This document shows, in pieces, positions 1 to 12,527 of a DNA stretch of 37,310 nucleotides. Origin of the DNA: Macrostomum lignano (lineage: Eukaryota); assembly GCA_002269645.1 (NCBI GenBank), contig NIVC01004711.1, forward strand, positions 1-37,310. Reading direction: 5' to 3'. The first letter of the stretch is position 1. Every line of letters starts with the position of its first letter. The position numbers and the translations under genes are program-made. The notes under the pieces were generated by a model that did no database searches, was not told where the DNA came from, and saw only the letters and a list, made by a program, of their open reading frames with translations.

Positions 1-648
1 TTTAGAATTTTAACAATATCCCTAGGCCCTAGGGTCTATTAAAGTATGAGCCTTGATATCATTTTACCACTCTCCATGACTATGACTATGAGCTTAGTGC
101 TTAAACTGCATGATTTTCTGATTAGAAATAATTGTCCTAGGCCCTAGCAAAATATACAATTTTACAAACTTTGCTCTAATTAATTGCCTCTAGGGGCCTA
201 AATAATGCCAATTGGCATATTTGTAAATATAGTTAGGCCTATCTTTAATTATCCTTTTGGCAGTAATTACTTAGTACAAGTGTGAAGTGTACTAAGTTTA
301 GCAATACCTAGTCTAGGTCCTAGATCATGAATATGCATAATTCTAGCTTTACTGTCAGCCAAAGTACTAGACAAGATCTTTGGTTGAGATTACATGGCCT
401 AAAGGCTATGGCCATAGGTTTTTTTCTCTTTAAAAAGTATGAAATGTTTTGACCATAGACTAAGGGGCCTATTGGCAAAGAAGATAGGGATAATAATAAA
501 GGATAGGGATTAGGAAAATAAATCTCTTGACTTAAATAATGCTATAATATTAGATTAGAAAAGCATCAGCCATCATGGCCAACCAAGTGCATCTGATTTA
601 CTAGGATAATTTCCAATTAGCTGTCTTTCTAGTGTCTCATATTCCAAA

Positions 649-1185
649 ATGGATTTTTTGGCAATGCTAAAAGCCTATCAAGATTACAAAGACAAAAGAC
701 CTAGGCAGTTTTATCAAGTATTTTAAAAAAGGAAGAACAAGTAACAACCTGCTATTGCACAATTGGATAAAATTGAGATGCTGAAAAAGAATTACCTGCT
801 ATGCCACTCAATATAGGCTAACTAAAACAATGATATAAAAGAAATTGCTAGTCTACTAAGCAAGACTTAGGAGCAGATGTTGACATTGGTATATGGTTAA
901 AGTTTCATTAATCTTCTTGCAAAGCATAGAGCAACTATGCTAGCAGAGTTTCTAAGGTTTTTCTACTAAAAACTAAAATGTATTAATGGAGGTAGCTATT
1001 CACTATCAAGCCTAGTCTGCAGTCTTCAAGTGCTAATCTTTGAAAGCAGCAGAGGTTATTACATTCTATGGTTTTGTGCTATAGCCAGGTGACTGGAGTG
1101 GCCCATCTAGGAGTGTATAGAATGAATACAATGATCTTTATGCAGGCACTCAAGCAAGGTTGAAAGCAGTCCTGACTTAGCCACT
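649..1185 (+). pseudogene. Possible decayed Crypton-like (tyrosine recombinase/DUF3504) transposon fragment
   Basis: The frame from 649 contains many stops but reads MLAEFLRFFY*KLKCINGGSYSLSSLVC at 937-1020. This resembles the L-x-x-FL-x-x-FY...G-x-x-YS-x-SSL motif of Crypton/DUF3504 proteins. It rests on motif recall only, with no search. The block has no CpG. Confidence 0.35.
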
Positions 1186-1278
1186 ATTCTTTACCAAGCA
1201 TGATGTATGCACTCTGTGCTTTGGGCTGTACTTTTCTTTGAAGTTATTTATTCTTTATTTTCAAACATTCCTGTCCAG

Positions 1279-3652
1279 AGCAGCATCAGAAGCACCCGCT
1301 GGTGACAATGACCCAGCTTCTTCATCATTGTCATTGGATTCAGATTGCATCGACCCGGAACCTTCGCAGCTTGGCCGGCGGGACTACTGGCAACGATTCT
1401 ATGGCCAAGAGTTGGCCAACTATTTAGACGAAGCAGCCGCTAATGATGAGGAGGGCGGCAGTGGCGATGATCGAGGCGAAGTCTGGTTTGGAGCAGCGGC
1501 AGAGCAGAGGCTGGTTAGCTATGTTGAACGGCGATTGAATGCGATTCGCGATGCCTGTCCAACTCAACAACTGGCCGTGGTTGACATTGGCTGCGGCAAT
1601 GGACATCTCGCACTGAGATTGGCTGCGAATAGTCACTTGTTGACTGGTTTGAGCAGACTGCTGTGTCTAGACTACAGTGAACCGGCTATTGAGCTGACCA
1701 ACCGGCTGGCTTCTAAGGTGGGTATATTGTGTTCAACTATTGCTATGTACACTGCAACCTGTCTAGAGAATTGGTCTGTAATCTAATCAGCCAGATAATT
1801 GGCCTGTAATCTAATCACCTATATAATCGGTCTGTAATCTAATCAGCCAGATAATTGGTCTGTAATCTAAGCATCTAGATAATCGATCTGTAATCTAATC
1901 ACCTAGATAATTGGTCTGTAATCTAAGCATCTAGATAATCGATCTGTAATCTAATCACCTAGATAATCGATCTGTAATCTAATCATCTAGATAATCGGTC
2001 TGTAATCTAATAATCTAGATAATCGGTCTGTAATCTAATCATCTTGATAATCGGTCTGTAGTCTAATCATCTAGATAATCGGTCTGTAATCTAATCATCT
2101 TGATAATCGGTCTGTAATCTAATCATCTAGATAATCGGTCTATAGTCTAATCATCTGAATAATCGGTCTGTAATCTAATAATCTAGATAATCGGTCTGTA
2201 ATCTAATAATCTAGATAATCGATCTGTAATCTAATCATCTTGATAATCGGTCTGTAATCTAATCAGCCAGTTAATTGGTCTGTAATCTAATCACCTAGAT
2301 AATCGGTCTGTAATCTAATCATCTAGATAATCGATCTGTAATCTAATCATCTAGATAATCGGTCTGTAATCTAATCATCTAGATAATCGATCTGTAATCT
2401 AATCATCTTGATAATCGGTCTGTAATCTAATCATCTAGATAATCGGTCTGTAATCTAATTATCTTGATAATCGGTCTGTAATCTAATCATCTTGATAATC
2501 GGTCTGTAATCTAATCATCTAGATAATCGGTCTGTAATCTAATCATCTAGATAATCGATCTGTAATCTAATCATCTAGATAATCGGTCTGTAATCTAATC
2601 ATCTAGATAATCGGTCTGTAATCTAATCATCTAGATAATCGATCTGTAATCTAATCATCTAGATAATCGGTCTGTAATCTAATCATCTAGATAATCGGGC
2701 TGTAATCTAATCAGCCAGATAATCGGTCTGTAATCTAATCATCTAGATAATCGGTCTGTAATCTAATCAGCCAGATAATCGGTCTGTAATCTAATCATCT
2801 AGATAATCGGTCTGTAATATAATAATCTAGATAATCGGTCTGTAATCTAATCATCTAGATAATCGGTCTGTAATATAATAATCTAGATAACCGGTCTGTA
2901 ATCTAATCATCTAGATAATCGATCTGTAATCTAATCATCTAGATAATCGGTCTGTAATATAATAATCTAGATAACCGGTCTGTAATCTAATCATCTAGAT
3001 AATCGGTCTGTAATATAATAATCTAGATAACCGGTCTGTAATCTAATCATCTAGATAATCGATCTGTAATCTAATCATCTAGATAATCGGTCTGTAATCT
3101 AATCATCTAGATGTCCGTCTAATAATCTAAGTTATCTATGAGAACTTTAAACTTCTTGCTACGCTGCTAACAGCCAATTTCAGTAGTCTGAAGCGCATAT
3201 ATATTCCTATTTTTATGTTTTCTAACATTCCACAGGCTGGCGTGTCGGATCTCGTCATCGCTCGACTGTTAGACGTCACCGAGCCCGGAGCCGCGGCCTC
3301 CGCCCTCGAATTCCTCCGCGCCCCGGACTCGAACATTCACTATCCAAATCTACTGCTGCTAGACAAAGGTACCTACGATGCTATCAGCCTTTGTCCGGAC
3401 AATTCTCAGGGCAAACGATTCGCTTATCGACAATTTGCAGTTAAACTACTCGACTCTGTTGCTAATAGCAACAATCAATTGGTTGTAGCCTCGTGCAACT
3501 GGACTGAAACTGAGTTGATTGCTCAATTCTCTGACCAATTTAAGCACGTGGAGACTCTGCCTGGTAGAGCGTTCAAGTTTGGCGGCGCTGTTGGGGCTGA
3601 CGTTACTACTGTGGTTTTTACCAGACTTAAGTCTAATAGTGGCTTGCAGTAA
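1279..3652 (+). CDS. EEF1AKMT2: EEF1A lysine methyltransferase 2 (METTL10/Efm4 family); exons 1279-1717 and 3236-3652; start codon not identified
   Basis: Motifs PSQLGRRDYW, GEVWFG, VVDIGCGNGHL (SAM motif I), LDYSEPAIEL, LDKGTYDAISL, VASCNWTETEL and FKFGG match the METTL10 family. The phase-0 intron is AAG|GTGGGT (1718) to CTAAC..CACAG| (3235). There is an acceptor at 1277-1278 but no in-frame ATG in the exon. Confidence 0.93.
1757..3115. repeat. 28-bp minisatellite (TCTGTAATCTAATCATCTAGATAATCGG)n in the EEF1AKMT2 intron
   Basis: Directly visible tandem unit, roughly 48 copies. It starts about 40 bp after the donor, and the edge copies are degenerate. Confidence 0.97.
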
Positions 3653-4329
3653 AAACTGAGATCAGCTTTTTGGGCATTTCTTTGATAACTGCGTTTTCTT
3701 CTGAATAGTTACATGCTCGAAATTGCCTACTGTCGAGATAAAAATGAGTAGGCAAGTAGCGATTTCTACACTATTTTTGTTAAATAGAGTAGGGAAAATA
3801 ATATAATTCGCTACTTGCCTACTGATACTTTAAGAGTAGGCTATGTAGCGTATTCTTGTCTTCTTGTTGTCAAACCATATTTGGTCTTTAATAAAGCTCG
3901 AAAATTTTCATCAATATGTATAGAGCACGACTTGAATCATAAAAAACCGATACTATTTGAGTCTTTATCAATTTCACATTTAAAAAGAGTACGTGAGTAT
4001 GTCTTACTGAAGCTCGTATGCATTGTTCATTGAAAATAGGCTAGCTAAAGAGTGTAGGAATATACGATTGAATTGCTCGAAAGCTTTCAACTTGTGCGGT
4101 TACTCACTGGGAATCAGATTAGATAGCTGACAAAAAAACTGCTTCTCATAGCGACTGCCAATGCTTTATTAGCAGACAGTGTTATTAAGTTAAACGTCTA
4201 TATGTCGTGTTATTTGTTTTGGTTGGACTCTTCAAAATCGAATTGAATAGGTAAGCTCATTTCTGCTTGAATTTTTCTGAATTTTTTGCTTGAAATTGTT
4301 TGATAATTAGAGCTTTACATTTGACTGCA

Positions 4330-4480
4330 GTGCAATTAGAGTGCAATTTGACATTGTGAAATTTCAGGTTTGTGAAGACTCCCTATCTCTCCAGTGCAAT
4401 GCGACATTGTGAAATTTCGGGTTTGTGAAGTCTCCTATCTCTCCAGTGCAATTTGACATTGTGAAATTTCGGGTTTGTAA
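4330..4480. repeat. About 53-bp unit x3 (CAGTGCAATTTGACATTGTGAAATTTCGGGTTTGTGAAG..)
   Basis: Three imperfect tandem copies are visible in the intergenic spacer. Confidence 0.85.
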
Positions 4481-5239
4481 AACGACCCCGAAAAGAACCA
4501 GTAAGTGGCGCAGGGCCCAGAAGCGAGAGCGTATTTATTTATTTAAATTAGAGGGTTGAGCGCAGATAAGAAAGGAGAGGGGTGGAGTGCGCGACTGAGG
4601 AAAGAGGCGAGATTGAAGAGCCAATCAGAAGGCAGCAAGGAAGAGAGATAAGAAAAGCAAGATTTGAACTAGACAGAGGGAGAGTAAACAGAGACGAGTG
4701 CAGATGAACTGAAGAAATGACTTTAAAAAGTCTCAACAATTAATTTTAATCCTAACTGACACTAAACCCCAACTTTAACCCTAACCTAAATCGTCCGGGA
4801 ATCTCATTGAAAAAAAAGTTAAACATAAGGATTTGGCTGCTAAAGAGGACTGCGACTCCTGCAAGCAGCGATTTTTTTGTTCAGGCTATGAGAGAATTCA
4901 ATTTTAAACGCATTCTAACTAAATCTTTACCTATTTTTCTGTGGATAGTTGGTGTGAAAATCCTATGCTAACTGAACATTAAATATTTACTATGTTCACT
5001 ACTTCATATCTAGGCCTTACTTAGTGCATCTGTGGCTTCAGGTGAGTCTGAATTTCTCGAATTTTAAAAAATTGCCTAAAATGTGTACTTTCCTGATTTA
5101 AGGATAAGTAGTTGTCATTATATATTCAGGTTTTTGTGTTGAATAATAAAATATGCAAAAATACGTTTTTTCTACTTGCAGTAGGCTAATAAAAATCCGT
5201 CATTTAATTCTAATAGCTGCAGTAATAAAGAAATCGAGA

Positions 5240-8200
5240 ATGTCAGCCACGGTAACAGAGAAGCTCGTGCCGGAGTCGGAGGTCACCCGCTTAGTCATCG
5301 AGTGCATGCGATGGGCCGGCGCTGACAGCACGCACGCTGCCCGCCTAGCTGAGATCCTGCTGTCCGCTGACAGGCGAGGCCACTACAGCCACGGCATCAA
5401 CAGGCTCGACGTGTACGTGCGCGACGTTCGGGCCGGCGTCACCCAAGGCTCCGGCGAACCTGCCATCCTGAAGGAAACCGCCGGTGCGCTTTTTCTATCT
5501 CTACTCTGCAAATCTACCATCTACTTACAGTCTACCTCTCTTACTCTGCCAATCTACTATCTACTGACTATCTACCTCTCTATTCTGCAAATCTACCATC
5601 TACTGACTATCTACCTCTCTACTCTGCCAATCTGCCATCTACTGACTATCTACCTCTTTTTCTCTGCCAATCTACCATCTACTTACAGTCAGTCTACCTC
5701 TCTTACTCTGCCAATCTACCAGCTACTGACTATCCACCTCTTTTTCTTTGCCAATCTAACATCTACTGACTATCTACCTCCCTTACTCTGCCAATCTACC
5801 ATCTACTGACTATCTACCTCCCTTACTCTGCCAATCTACCATCTACTGACTATCTACCTCCCTTACTCTGCCAATCTACCATCTACTGACTATCTACCTC
5901 CCTTACTCTGCCAATCTACCATCTACTGACTATCTACCTCTCTACTCTGCAAATCTACCATCTACTGACTATCTACCTCTCTTACTCTGCCAATCTACCA
6001 TCTACTGACTATCTACCTCTCTTACTCTGCCAATCTACCATCTACTGACTATCTACATCTCTACTCTGCAAATCTACCATCTACTGACTATCTACCTCTC
6101 TTACTCTGCCAATCTACCATCTACTGACTATCTACCTCTCTACTCTGCAAATCTGCCATCTACTGACTATCTACCTCTCTACTCTGCAAATCTGCCATCT
6201 ACTGACTATCTACCTCTCTACTCTGCAAATCTACCATCTACTGACTATCTACCTATCTACTGTGCAAATCTACCATCTACTGACTATCTACCTCTCTTAC
6301 TCTGCCAATCTACCATCTACTGACTATCTACCTCTCTACTCTGCAAATCTGCCATCTACTGACTATCTACCTATCTACTGTGCAAATCTACCATCTACTG
6401 ACTATCTACCTCTCTACTCTGCAAATCTACCATCTACTGACTATCTACCTATCTACTGTGCAAATCTACCATCTACTGACTATCTACCTATCTACTGTGC
6501 AAATCTACCATCTACTGACTATCTACCTCTCTACTCTGCAAATCTGCCATCTACTGACTATCTACCTCTCTACTCTGCAAATCTACCATCTACTGACTAT
6601 CTACCTCTCTACTCTGCAAATCTACCATCTACTGACTATCTACCTATCTACTGTGCAAATCTACCATCTACTGACTATCTACCTCTCTACTGTGCAAATC
6701 TACCATCTACTGACTATCTACCTCTCTACTCTGTAAATCTACCATCTACTGACTATCTACCTCTCTACTGTGCAAATCTACCATCTACTGACTATCTACT
6801 TCTCTACTCTGCCAATCTAAAATCTACTCACTATCTACCTCTCTACTCTGCAAATCTACCATCTACTGACTATCTACCTATCTACTGTGCAAATCTACCA
6901 TCTACTGACTATCTACCTCTCTACTGTGCAAATCTACCATCTACTGACTATCTACCTCTCTACTCTGCCAATCTAACATCTACTCACTATCTACCTCTCT
7001 ACTCTGTAAATCTACCATCTACTGACTATCTACTTCTCTACTATGCCAATCCACAATCTACAGACTACTGAATTATCGTCTACTTCTCTTTTCTGCCAAC
7101 CTACTATCCTAATCCATTGTCTACCTCTCTGGAATGCAAACATACCATCTATCTTACCCAAATGTCTACCTCTACTTTCTGCCCAACCTACCGCGTACCC
7201 TACTGTCTCTTTCTCTATTCTGCCACTCTACTGTGCCATTTACGCCACTCTAAATTTTACCTGTTTTTATCTCTACGAGCTCGCATCACCCGCCAAAATC
7301 TGTGATAAAGCCATAATTCGTGCCTCTCTCTCCCCGCCGACGTCCCCTGCAGGCACCGCCCACGTGGACGGCCGTCACCTTCTAGGCGTGGTGGTTGGCG
7401 AATTCTGCATGGACCTGGCCGTGGCCAAAGCCCGCCAGTGCGGCGTCGGCTGGGTGGTGGCCGCCAACTCCACTCACTTCGGCATAGCCGGGCACTACAG
7501 CCTCCGGGCGGCTGGCCACGGCCTCATCGGCCTGGCCTTCACCAACGCCTCACCAATTCTGGTGCCCACTAGGGCTAAACAGCCAGCTCTGGGCACCAAT
7601 CCGGTGTGCATGGCCGCCCCCACTGACCGGCCCGGCGAGCCATTTCTGCTGGATATGGCCACCTCCGCTGTGGCTTACGGCAAGGTATAATGTTGCTCTT
7701 TTCTATGAGATAATCTCACTCTTTATTCAGATTGTGTCACTATACTATAAGATAATCTCACTCTACTATGGGATTATTTCACTCTTCTATGAGATTATCT
7801 CAGTCATCTATGAGCTTATTTGACTCTTCTATGAGATTATTTCACTCTTCTATGAGATTATCTCACTCTTCTATGAGATTATCTCACTCTTCTATGAGAT
7901 TATCTCACTCTTCTATGAGATTATTTCACTCTTCTATAAGATTATCTCACTCTTCTATGAGATTATCTCACTCTTCTATGAGATTACCTCACTCTTCTAT
8001 GAGATTATCTCACTCTACTATGGGATTATTTCACTCTTCTATGAGATTATCTCACTCTTCTATGAGATTGTTTCACTTCTCTATGAGATTATTTCACTCT
8101 TCTATGAGATTATTTCACCCTTCTATGGGGCTATTTCACTCTCCTATGAGATAATCTCACTCTTCTATGGGATTATTTGACTCTTCCATCATATAATCTC

Positions 8201-8947
8201 ACTCTTTCATGAGTTTATCTCACTCTTGCATATAGGATAGTCTCACGGATACTCTGCCGTGCGATAATCTCTTTATTTTTCATGAAATCATATAATTTTT
8301 TCGTTGAATAATCTCACTCTAGACTGTTCGATGATGCCCACTCTGATCGCTCCAATCTCTTGACTAGATTCATTACGGGGGTTTAGGTTACTATGTGGTA
8401 GCTCACCAATTTCAAATTTGCCAATGCTTACGCCCAGGTGGAGATGAAGCACCGCACCGGGCAACAATTGCCGGCAGGCTGGGCGGTGGACAGCGAAGGT
8501 CGCGAGACCCGCGACTCCGAGGCGGGCCTGCACGGCGGGGTGCTGCCGCTGGGCGGCCTGGAGGAGACCAGCGGCTACAAGGGCTACGGTCTGGCGCTTA
8601 TGGTGGAGATTCTGTGCAGTCTGTTGGCCGGAACTCCGGTAGGACCGTCTGTCCGAGCCTGGAAATCGGACACTGCTCCGGCCAGACTTGGACAGTGCTT
8701 TGTAGCCGTCGATCCGTCCGCGTTTGCTCCGGATTTCTCCGGCCGATTGTCCGAAGTGGCGGACGTGTTTCGCGGACTTGAGCCGGCCGACCCGGATTCG
8801 CCTGTGCTGTTTCCGGGCGACCCGGAGCGGGCCCGGGAGGCGGACTGCGCCCGGCGGGGCGGCGTGGCCTACCATGTGAACCAGCTGGCCCACCTGGCCG
8901 CTCTGGCCCAGGAGTGCGGCGTGGAGCCCATGCGTACAGTTGATTGA
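5240..8947 (+). CDS. Ldh_2-family (YjmC/malate-L-sulfolactate dehydrogenase-like) NAD(P)H oxidoreductase, 361 aa; exons 5240-5483, 7353-7684, 8438-8947
   Basis: Family motifs are ADRRGHYSHG, NSTHFGIAGHY, GTNP, DMATSAVAYGK, LPLGG..GYKGYGL and PGDPE. The GT-AG introns (phase 1 and phase 0) join the exons into an open 1086-nt CDS. Confidence 0.92.
5495..7070. repeat. 39/40-bp minisatellite (CTACTCTGCAAATCTACCATCTACTGACTATCTACCTCT)n in Ldh_2 intron 1
   Basis: Tandem unit visible. It explains the 13-aa repeat pseudo-ORFs and decays towards 7230. Confidence 0.97.
7700..8230. repeat. 21-bp minisatellite (CTCACTCTTCTATGAGATTAT)n in Ldh_2 intron 2
   Basis: Tandem unit visible, starting about 15-25 bp after the donor at 7685. 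Confidence 0.96.
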
Positions 8948-9925
8948 GGATGCGGTGGATTGAGGATGCGGTGGATTGAGGATGCGGTGGATTGAGGATG
9001 CGGTGGTGGATTGAGGATGCGGATAGTGGATTGAGGATGCGGATAGTGGATTGAGGATGCGGTGGATTGAGGATGCGGTGGTGGATTGAGGATGCGGATA
9101 GTGGATTGAGGATGCGGATAGTGGATTGAGGATGTGGTGAATTGAGGATGCGGTGGATTAAGGATGCGGTGGATTGAGGATGCGGTGGATTGAGGATGCG
9201 GTGGTGGATTGAGGATGTGGTGGATTGAGGATGTGGTGGATTGAGGATGCGGTGGATTAAGGATGTGGTGGATTGAGGATGCGGTGGATTGAGGATGCGG
9301 TGGATTGAGGATGCGGTGGATTGAGGATGCGGTGGTGGATTGAGGATGCGGATAGTGGATTGAGGATGCGGATAGTGGATTGAGGATGCGGTGGATTGAG
9401 GATGCGGTGGTGGATTGAGGATGCGGATAGTGGATTGAGGATGCGGATAGTGGATTGAGGATGTGGTGAATTGAGGATGCGGTGGATTAAGGATGCGGTG
9501 GATTGAGGATGCGGTGGATTGAGGATGCGGTGGTGGATTGAGGATGTGGTGGATTGAGGATGTGGTGGATTGAGGATGCGGTGGATTAAGGATGTGGTGG
9601 ATTGAGGATGCGGTGGATTGAGGATGCGGTGGATTGAGGATGCGGTGGATTGAGGATGCGGTGGATTGAGGATGCGGTGGATTGAGGATGCGGTGGTGGA
9701 TTGAGGATGCGGATAGTGGATTGAGGATGCGGATAGTGGATTGAGGATGTGGTGAATTGAGGATGCGGTGGATTAAGGATGCGGTGGATTGAGGATGCGG
9801 TGGATTGAGGATGCGGTGGATTGAGGATGCGGTGGATTGAGGATGCGGTGGTGGATTGAGGATGCGGTGGATTGAGGATGCGGTGGATTGAGGATGCGGA
9901 TAGTGGATTGAGGATGCGGTGGATT
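8940..9925. repeat. 16/19-bp G-rich minisatellite (GGATTGAGGATGCGGT)n beginning at the Ldh_2 stop codon
   Basis: Tandem unit visible, with variants GGTGGT and GGATAGT. The first unit overlaps GAT TGA. Confidence 0.97.
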
Positions 9926-10374
9926 GTGGAGGCATAAGATAAGATTAACAAAGTAACAGTCAGAATCGCTACAGTAAGCTTGTTATATACTGCTAAAATA
10001 ATGTGTCGATGTATCTTGAGATCATGTTTTAATAAAAAGTTAATGTTTTTATTTAAAATTTTCCGATCAGTTAAATTTCGAAAAGAATTAGGTGTTTACG
10101 AGCTATTTCGTGATGTCGTTATTGATTTTCAAGAAAGAGATTGCGTATGGTTTTGGGTGCAAATTATTTTATTATATTAAGTCATCTTCTCTTAGTTATA
10201 AAATATTTCGCGCACCAAGTGTCATCTCTGATAACTTTCTGGAGTTCTAATTTCTAAATTAGATTTCATATTATCTCATTTATTTAGATAATATAAAATC
10301 TTGTCTAATTAAATTAGTTATCTAATTTTCAAACATCATAGCCGTCATAGGTGTTTGAAACTTCAGACTTCAAA

Positions 10375-10992
10375 GCACCTGGTGAGATCCTAAAGCCCTT
10401 GGGTAAGATTCCAAAGCCCTCTTGGGTGAGATTCCATGCAAAGCCCTCTTGGGTGAGATTCCAAAGCCCTTGGGTGGAATTCCAAAGCCCTTGGGTGGAA
10501 TTCCAAAGCCCTTGGGTGGAATTCCAAAGCCCTTGATGGAATTCCAAAGCCCTTGGGTGAGATTCCAAAGCCCTTGGGTGAGATTCCAAAGCCCTTGGTG
10601 AGATTTCAAATCCCTCTTGGGTGAGATTCCAAAGCCCTTGGGTGAGATTCCAAAGCCCTTGAGTGAGATTCCAAAGCCCTCTTGGGTGAGATTCCAAAGC
10701 CCTTGGGTGAGATTCCAAAGCCCTTGGGTGAGATTCCAAAGCCCTTGGGTGGAATTCCAAAGCCCTTGGGTGGAATTCCAAAGCCCTTGGGTGAGATTCC
10801 AAAGCCTTCGTGAGATTCCAAAGCCCTTGGGTGAGATTCCAAAGCCCTTGGGTGGAATTCCAAAGCCCTTGGGTGAGATTCCAAAGCCCTCTTGGGTGAG
10901 ATTCCAAAGCCCTTGGGTGAGATTCCAAAGCCCTTGGGTGAGATTCCAAAGCCCTTGGGTGATTTCAAAGCCCTTGGGTGAGATTCCAAAGC
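10375..10992. repeat. 21-bp minisatellite (GGGTGAGATTCCAAAGCCCTT)n
   Basis: Tandem unit visible, with GGAATTCC and +2-bp variants. Confidence 0.96.
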
Positions 10993-11907
10993 TCAGGATG
11001 AGATGCCAAATGTTCGTTCTAAAATCATAGAACATGGACGGCACGAATTTCGAAACACAAAGCCCTCTTGTCGTATGTGTTAAATCTTAATTTCAAATTT
11101 CTTCATCCCAATATCTTTCTGGTTAGTCGTGAAAACACTAAACACTTTGGTAAGCTATGTGGTAAACACCGTATTTGCGGCAAGCAGCCCTAAGTTTCAC
11201 CATATTGTGTACTATAGTACTTAAAAGGTGAAATGTTTTCATTATATCGGTAGTCAATTGCCGTTGTAAAGTGATTTATTGTCTTATGGTATTTCTGTTT
11301 CTTTAAACATACTTGAATTAGATAATTCAAGTTGCCATTTTTGGTGGGGGGGGGGGCAGGGAACCGGTTTCGGGCTGGACTCGGGATGGCTTCGTTAGGG
11401 TGTCCTAAATAACCACTCTAACCTCTAGAACACATCCTCTGCGTAGCAACTAGCAGCAGGGGAGGGGGTTAAGGATAATTTTTTGCGTCAGTGTTTGCGG
11501 CTCTCCCCCCCTCTAAAACTGGCAAAGGCGACCGGCCGCTGCAGTTCTGTGACATTTCCTGGAAAACCGCTTCTGGAAGATAGCTAGGCTGCTGCTGCTG
11601 CTGCTGCTGCTCCTACCGGAGGCTCTGGACCCATCCGCTCCCTGCGGCTAACAGAATGCATGGACTGGCTCCGCCTCCGCCGGCTGCTGTATGAATGGCA
11701 TCTCTATATCTGCTGTTTTCTGTGTCGGCTTGGCATTCGGACATTTGGCCCCTTCTTAAAGTTCACTCGGACTATGATTTAATAGATGACTGGACTGGCT
11801 ATAGGATATAAGCTTATTGTTTCCACTATTGCGAGCTGAATGTCAAGAAATGCTTTGTGATGCAAATAGTTCTGATTTGTTGCGCGAAGCCTAATTAGCT
11901 ACCTGGC

Positions 11908-12527
<620 letters not shown>

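Noticed and set aside
721-1020. All seven stops in the 649 frame being TAA/TAG as proof of CpA hypermutation
   Set aside because: Stop density is near random expectation for this composition and the sample is too small. It is not used as evidence.
1757-3115. Cluster of AGATAA GATA-factor sites
   Set aside because: This is a short AT-rich word expected from the TAGA-based unit, with no independent support.
4770-4792. Telomere-like TAACCCTAACC
   Set aside because: Under two units. It may belong to an unclassified repeat end but supports no call.
5495-7070. Hypothesis that intronic arrays avoid AG/GT on the sense strand
   Set aside because: It is true for this unit, but the 28-, 21-, 26- and 32-bp units contain AG and/or GT.
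6262-7071. Long repetitive ORFs (also 8598-9935, 10329-11044, 11932-12651, 17605-18555, 26316-26735, 31406-32350, 33871-34617) as repeat proteins
   Set aside because: They are translations of tandem arrays that lack stops in some frames. Several frames and both strands are open, and most lie in introns of well-supported genes.
5240-8947. Bacterial contamination or recent horizontal transfer of the Ldh_2 gene
   Set aside because: It has two spliceosomal introns with host-type minisatellites and codon style like neighbouring genes.
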